Shown here piece by piece: positions 59,463-64,000 of a stretch of 64,000 nucleotides of DNA; position 1 is the stretch's first letter, and each line of letters begins with the position of its first letter. The stretch lies in the NCBI GenBank assembly GCA_019057385.1, contig JAHQJS010000007.1, positions 384,001 through 448,000 on the forward strand, in the 5' to 3' direction. The notes below the pieces were generated by a model, which saw only the letters and a list, made by a program, of their open reading frames with translations, ran no database searches and was not told where the DNA came from. This stretch comes from Candidatus Borrarchaeum weybense. GTDB taxonomy: Archaea > Asgardarchaeota > Sifarchaeia > Borrarchaeales > Borrarchaeaceae. The position numbers were made by a program, and so were the translations under genes.

Positions 59463-62400
59463 TCTTCGAAGCTGTATGTTCTTATTTTTACTACAACGAA
59501 CTCTCCTTTGTCTTTTGAAAAGATGCCGTTGAGATAATTCTTATCAACTAGAATTTGAATTATACTCTCTGCTTCCTCTGCTGAAGTTCCGAATTCTGCA
59601 GCGATATCACTAAACTTAACTCGTTTCTTGTCTTCTTCGCCTATATAATCTAAGATCTGATAATCTAGTTGGTCTTTAATCAAATTGTTTTCATTGAGTT
59701 CTATTTTACAGTTAGGACAACGTTCATTTGCTCGAACGTACCCTAAATAGAGATCTTTATGGCCATACACCTTGCAATAGGGACATCTGATATATTCCTC
59801 ACCAGACTGGATGTCGAGCCCACAAATGACGCATTTCACTCTCTTTTGACCACAATTTGGACACTCGTCAGCTTCTTCGGGAATAACAAAACCGCATTTC
59901 ACACATAATGTTTGTCTCTCATACATTTTCGCCTCAGCTTCTCTTGATCGAAGATATTCAATCGGTAAAATATCTTTATAATCTTTAGCAAGTGTCGAAA
60001 ACACTATTGACGCATCAGCATATTTGCCTGCTTCCATTGACTCATCTGCAGTAAGTAATGAAGTAATTGCAGTTAAATATCTTTCTGCTACGTTTTGTTT
60101 TTCCCTATCTTTTGCCTTTGTGAAAAGCGTAACAGCTTTACGAACATTGTTCAAGGCTTCTTTGAAGTTCTTTTTCATTAACAATTCGACAGCATAATCA
60201 AAATACATTTTACCAGCTGTTTCATATGTTTCGGCAAGTCTATAGGCCCTTTCTGCAAGAACATAAGATTTTAGACGTCGATATTTTTCCCCTAAGTTGA
60301 ACCATAGTTCAATAGCTTTTTCCAAACTTATTTTTTCTTCAACTAGTTTGGCAAGGTCGATATACATAGACTCTGCAACAAGACATGTTTCAGCAGCCTC
60401 TTCTATTTTACCTACTTTAATAAAGTCTCGTACTGCAGTCTCATAATCTCTTCCTTCTCTAGCCCCTACGGCACTCTTGTATCTTCGTCTCTTACGTGAA
60501 TACACAAGAGCTGCTAAGCCAATAACGGCAAGTAATCCACCCATTCCAACCATTATTTCCATATCTGGAAGGGCTGGCTGTATAGTTACCACAAAACTTT
60601 TTGTTGCACTTACATAATCGTTTTTCTCAGCAGTTAGAATGCACAAGTACGTCGCTGTAGCAATGCTACTAGTATCAATATCTGCTGTATAAAGCCCTCC
60701 ACCAAGTTCGTCAAATGTAATCCAGGTTCTATTGCCAATATTCAATACAACATTAGCGCCTTCAACGCCTTTTTCGAATTCATCTGTTACATTCACCGAA
60801 ATCGTCATTATTGTACCCTGTCTGAAAGTATTGCTAGCCAATGAATGTAATAGGTATAAACGGTGTGAAGGAGTCGTATCACCATCACCGCCACCACCGC
60901 TGCTTCCACCGCCATCACTACTTCCACCATCTCCACCGCCACGGTCACCACCACCACCACCGGACTCGGTCACAGTGTAAGTGTAAGCTGAACTGGTATT
61001 ACTATTTCCTGCACTATCGAAAACTTGGAAGAAGTAAACTACAACAGTTCCCGCAGATTGGGCGGGGATCGTTCCGCTATATGAATTACCGTATTGCATA
61101 AGAATTGAGGGCCTTGGTGAGCCGTTTACTGTATAATTTAAGTATACATTTAAGACGGGCGGATCTACGAATGGTAAATCATCAGGGTTAGGTATTGTGA
61201 TAGTAACGTCATCATTATCATCAGGATTCGCAACTGATTGTTGTGGAACAAAAGGATCTGGAAGTTCAGGAGGAATATCATCGACTATCAGAGTATTCCC
61301 GTTTTCAGTTTCTCCCGAAATTTCGAGGTTATCAAAGGCAATTATATCAATGAAATATATCTCTGATGATCTACCTGTAGAATCCCAAGTATTGGTATAG
61401 ATGTCATCTCCAGATGTGGCATCACTGTGCGTCCCGTCATCATATAACCGTATTATAGCAATATCTATTTCATTTGGGAATTGAATATAAGCAGTTACGT
61501 TTTTGACACCTGAAGGAAAGTCTATAACATATGCGGTTATGAGAAACTCTGTGCCTGAAGTACCTGCAGAAGGATTAGTTTGAACATTAGAAACTACAGG
61601 AGGATCATCGTCAATTATAAATGTTGCTACGTTCTCTGTTTCTCCTTGGTTCTCAACATTATCAAAAGCGATGATATCTATATAATATTCTCCCGAAAGT
61701 TGCCCAAATGAGTCCCAGGTACCTCCATAGGTACCATCTCCAGCTATCCCATCATTATGATTCCCATCGTCATAAAGACGCACACTATCTATTGTAGTTT
61801 CATCCGGTAGTTGGATATAAGCAGTTACGTTCTTGATTCCAGAGTCACCATCAAAAACATCAGCAGTAATATTGAAAAGTGTGCCAGATTTTTCTGCAGT
61901 TGGATCAACTAAGGCATTGGAAATAGTTGGTGCTGTATTGTCTATTAAGAAAATATCACCGTTTTCTTCTTCCCATTGGTTATTTGCATTGTCAAAGGCA
62001 ATTATATCAACGAAATATGTTCCTTCAGGTTGTCCAGAGGAGTCCCAATTGTTTCCATAGGTGCCATCTCCGGCGGCTCCATCATTATGGTTTCCATCAT
62101 CGAATAACTGTAAGATAACAATATTAATCTCATTTGGATGTTGAATGTATGCTGTTACGTTCTTGACACCCGAGAGTGTGTCTGTTACAAAAGCAGTTAC
62201 ATTAAAAGTAGTTCCTGAAGTTCCAATATTTGGATTTACCACAACATTGATTGAGGGAATTACTGGAGGTGTATCATCAACAATCAGAGTTTCTGCATTT
62301 TCAATTTCACCTTGATTGTTATCATTATCAGTTGCGACTATATCGATATAATACAATCCTTCTGATTCACCAGCAGAATTCCAGCTGTTTCCGTAGATAT

Positions 62401-64000
62401 CATCTCCTGCCAGTCCATCATTATGATTACCATCATCATATAACTGTAATATTGCAATATTTGTTTCATCTGGCAGCTGAATGTAGGCGAAAACATCTCT
62501 GACACCAGAAACGTCGGTAACAGTGGCAGTTATATTGAAAAGTGTTCCAGATTGTCCTATAGCAGGAATTACTTGTATGTTAGTTACACTTGGAGGATTG
62601 TTTATTATGAAAATATCCCCATCTTCTACTGATCTTTGATTTTCTACATTATCGAAAGCAATTATATCAACGAAATATGTTCCTTCAGGTTGTCCAGAGG
62701 AGTCCCAATTGTTTCCATAGGTGCCATCTCCGGCGGCTCCATCATTATGGTTTCCATCATCAAATAACTGTAAGATAACAATATTAATCTCATTTGGACG
62801 TTGAATATAAGCTGTCACATTTTTTACTCCTGATTGCACATCTGTTACAATTGCAGTTATTACAAAAATAGTTCCAGTTTCTCCCTGTGACGGCGTTACT
62901 TGGATATTTTGCGATAATGCTTCAGGAGGAGTCTTATCGATGCCAAAGAATCTAGCATTTGTTCCTGAAAGCTGAATTTCGTTTCCGAGTGAATCATTTG
63001 CGAAAATTTCTACCCTATAATAATTGACAATTGAACGCCACCCTGAAGTGTCTATATTAAGAGTATAATCAGGACCAAGCAGAGTTTGATTATTATATGC
63101 AGGGACATAAACACTTGAAGAGATATTATAAATTCTAAACCAAACCGTATCAACAACATTCTGCAAATCAGTTGCGTCCACATCAATAACGACCTGATCG
63201 ATCCACCAGGTATCATTGGCAAAATTATTCGTGTCCCAGGTTAAAACAGGTGGCGCATTATCAACTCTAAAGAATCGGGCATCGATCCCTGCTAGTTGCA
63301 TTTCATTACCGGCAGAATCGTTCGCAAAAACTTCTACTCTGTAGTAGGTAGAAGCAGAATTCCACCAAGAGGTGTCTATTGTAGTATTAAAATGAGGACC
63401 TAACAAACTAGCGTTATTGTGGCCTGGAACGTATTCACTAGCAGAGATATTGAAAATTCTATACCAGACTGTGTTCAATTGTAATAAATCGATTGCATCC
63501 ACATCGATAACGACTTCACCATTCCACCAGGTATCATTTGCAAAATTTTCAGTATCCCAATTTAGAGTAGGCAGATCAAGATCAATTCTAAAGAATCGTG
63601 CATCGATTCCGATCAGTTGCGTTTCATAACCTGAGGTATCGTTAGCAAAGACCTCTACTCTGTAATATATATCTGCAGAATGCCAGCTGGAAGTATCGAT
63701 AGTTGTATTGAAATCAGGACTTGAAAGGCTGGCATTATTGTGTCCGGGAACATAGTCACTTGAGGAAACATTATAGATTCGATACCAAACGAATTCGACA
63801 GTTTGTTCCAAATCTACTGCATCTACATCAATGACAACCTGACTATTCTGCCAAGTATCATTAACAAAATTATTGGTGTCCCAATTCAGGGTAGGTGGAT
63901 TTCGATCTATTCCAAAGAACCTAGCTTCCGTTCCAGTTAGTTGTGCTTCATTTCCTATTGTATCATTAGCAAAAACTTCTACTCGATAGTAGATATTTGC
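59459..64000 (-). CDS. Giant single-pass surface protein (Ig-like and DDGxHxDxxxGDxxY repeats) with cytoplasmic helical repeats, zinc ribbon, RING-like and PCI-like domains; 5' end beyond window
   Basis: Frame open to 64000; five DDGxHxD repeats; TM then RKRRR; CVKC..CPNC, CVIC..CPYC..H..CPNC; winged-helix end. Confidence 0.82.
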   Translation of the reverse strand, partial: ANIYYRVEVFANDTIGNEAQLTGTEARFFGIDRNPPTLNWDTNNFVNDTWQNSQVVIDVDAVDLEQTVEFVWYRIYNVSSSDYVPGHNNASLSSPDFNTTIDTSSWHSADIYYRVEVFANDTSGYETQLIGIDARFFRIDLDLPTLNWDTENFANDTWWNGEVVIDVDAIDLLQLNTVWYRIFNISASEYVPGHNNASLLGPHFNTTIDTSWWNSASTYYRVEVFANDSAGNEMQLAGIDARFFRVDNAPPVLTWDTNNFANDTWWIDQVVIDVDATDLQNVVDTVWFRIYNISSSVYVPAYNNQTLLGPDYTLNIDTSGWRSIVNYYRVEIFANDSLGNEIQLSGTNARFFGIDKTPPEALSQNIQVTPSQGETGTIFVITAIVTDVQSGVKNVTAYIQRPNEINIVILQLFDDGNHNDGAAGDGTYGNNWDSSGQPEGTYFVDIIAFDNVENQRSVEDGDIFIINNPPSVTNIQVIPAIGQSGTLFNITATVTDVSGVRDVFAYIQLPDETNIAILQLYDDGNHNDGLAGDDIYGNSWNSAGESEGLYYIDIVATDNDNNQGEIENAETLIVDDTPPVIPSINVVVNPNIGTSGTTFNVTAFVTDTLSGVKNVTAYIQHPNEINIVILQLFDDGNHNDGAAGDGTYGNNWDSSGQPEGTYFVDIIAFDNANNQWEEENGDIFLIDNTAPTISNALVDPTAEKSGTLFNITADVFDGDSGIKNVTAYIQLPDETTIDSVRLYDDGNHNDGIAGDGTYGGTWDSFGQLSGEYYIDIIAFDNVENQGETENVATFIIDDDPPVVSNVQTNPSAGTSGTEFLITAYVIDFPSGVKNVTAYIQFPNEIDIAIIRLYDDGTHSDATSGDDIYTNTWDSTGRSSEIYFIDIIAFDNLEISGETENGNTLIVDDIPPELPDPFVPQQSVANPDDNDDVTITIPNPDDLPFVDPPVLNVYLNYTVNGSPRPSILMQYGNSYSGTIPAQSAGTVVVYFFQVFDSAGNSNTSSAYTYTVTESGGGGGDRGGGDGGSSDGGGSSGGGGDGDTTPSHRLYLLHSLASNTFRQGTIMTISVNVTDEFEKGVEGANVVLNIGNRTWITFDELGGGLYTADIDTSSIATATYLCILTAEKNDYVSATKSFVVTIQPALPDMEIMVGMGGLLAVIGLAALVYSRKRRRYKSAVGAREGRDYETAVRDFIKVGKIEEAAETCLVAESMYIDLAKLVEEKISLEKAIELWFNLGEKYRRLKSYVLAERAYRLAETYETAGKMYFDYAVELLMKKNFKEALNNVRKAVTLFTKAKDREKQNVAERYLTAITSLLTADESMEAGKYADASIVFSTLAKDYKDILPIEYLRSREAEAKMYERQTLCVKCGFVIPEEADECPNCGQKRVKCVICGLDIQSGEEYIRCPYCKVYGHKDLYLGYVRANERCPNCKIELNENNLIKDQLDYQILDYIGEEDKKRVKFSDIAAEFGTSAEEAESIIQILVDKNYLNGIFSKDKGEFVVVKIRTYSFEE
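61998..62806. repeat. Intragenic 149-bp direct repeat (61998..62146 and 62658..62806)
   Basis: Two mismatches by eye; 660-bp offset. Confidence 0.9.

Noticed and set aside
61998-62806. DGR template/variable repeat
   Set aside because: Only two mismatches, both copies inside one ORF, no reverse transcriptase in the window
1-64000. tRNA, rRNA, selenoprotein or SECIS; most short antisense ORFs in the track
   Set aside because: None recognised by eye; antisense ORFs are shadows of real genes

Overview
AT-rich archaeal chromosomal segment, most likely from an Asgard archaeon. This is inferred from three Rab-like GTPases with RabF motifs, an Arf-like GTPase, tandem longin-domain genes, and adaptin-ear-, RING- and PCI-like domains. 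Most of the window is accessory or housekeeping genes: MFS, PadR/GyrI, radical SAM, MutY, ArsM, Hel308-like helicase, m5C MTase, AlkD, a TPR cluster, an N4C-type DNA MTase, acyl-CoA ligase, a decaying surface-glycosylation island, and LarA/racemase. Two things stand out. (1) A population of IS200/IS605-derived elements: one intact tnpB element, two protein-free IscB-type omegaRNA (HEARO-like) cassettes, two protein-free TnpB-type omegaRNA cassettes, and several ~47-bp mini-elements. At two independent loci a TnpB-type cassette lies directly upstream of an IscB-type cassette in the same sense, and at one of them a single 22-nt spacer is the predicted guide for both RNAs. Removing the elements in silico restores interrupted host ORFs and defines target motifs (ATGA, TTAT, TTAC). 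(2) Two giant convergent single-pass surface proteins with receptor-like architecture: one has a cytoplasmic uDENN/longin-like tail and is divergent from an atypical Arf-like GTPase; the other has a helical-repeat/zinc-ribbon/RING/PCI tail. All assignments are by visual motif recognition; no searches were run.
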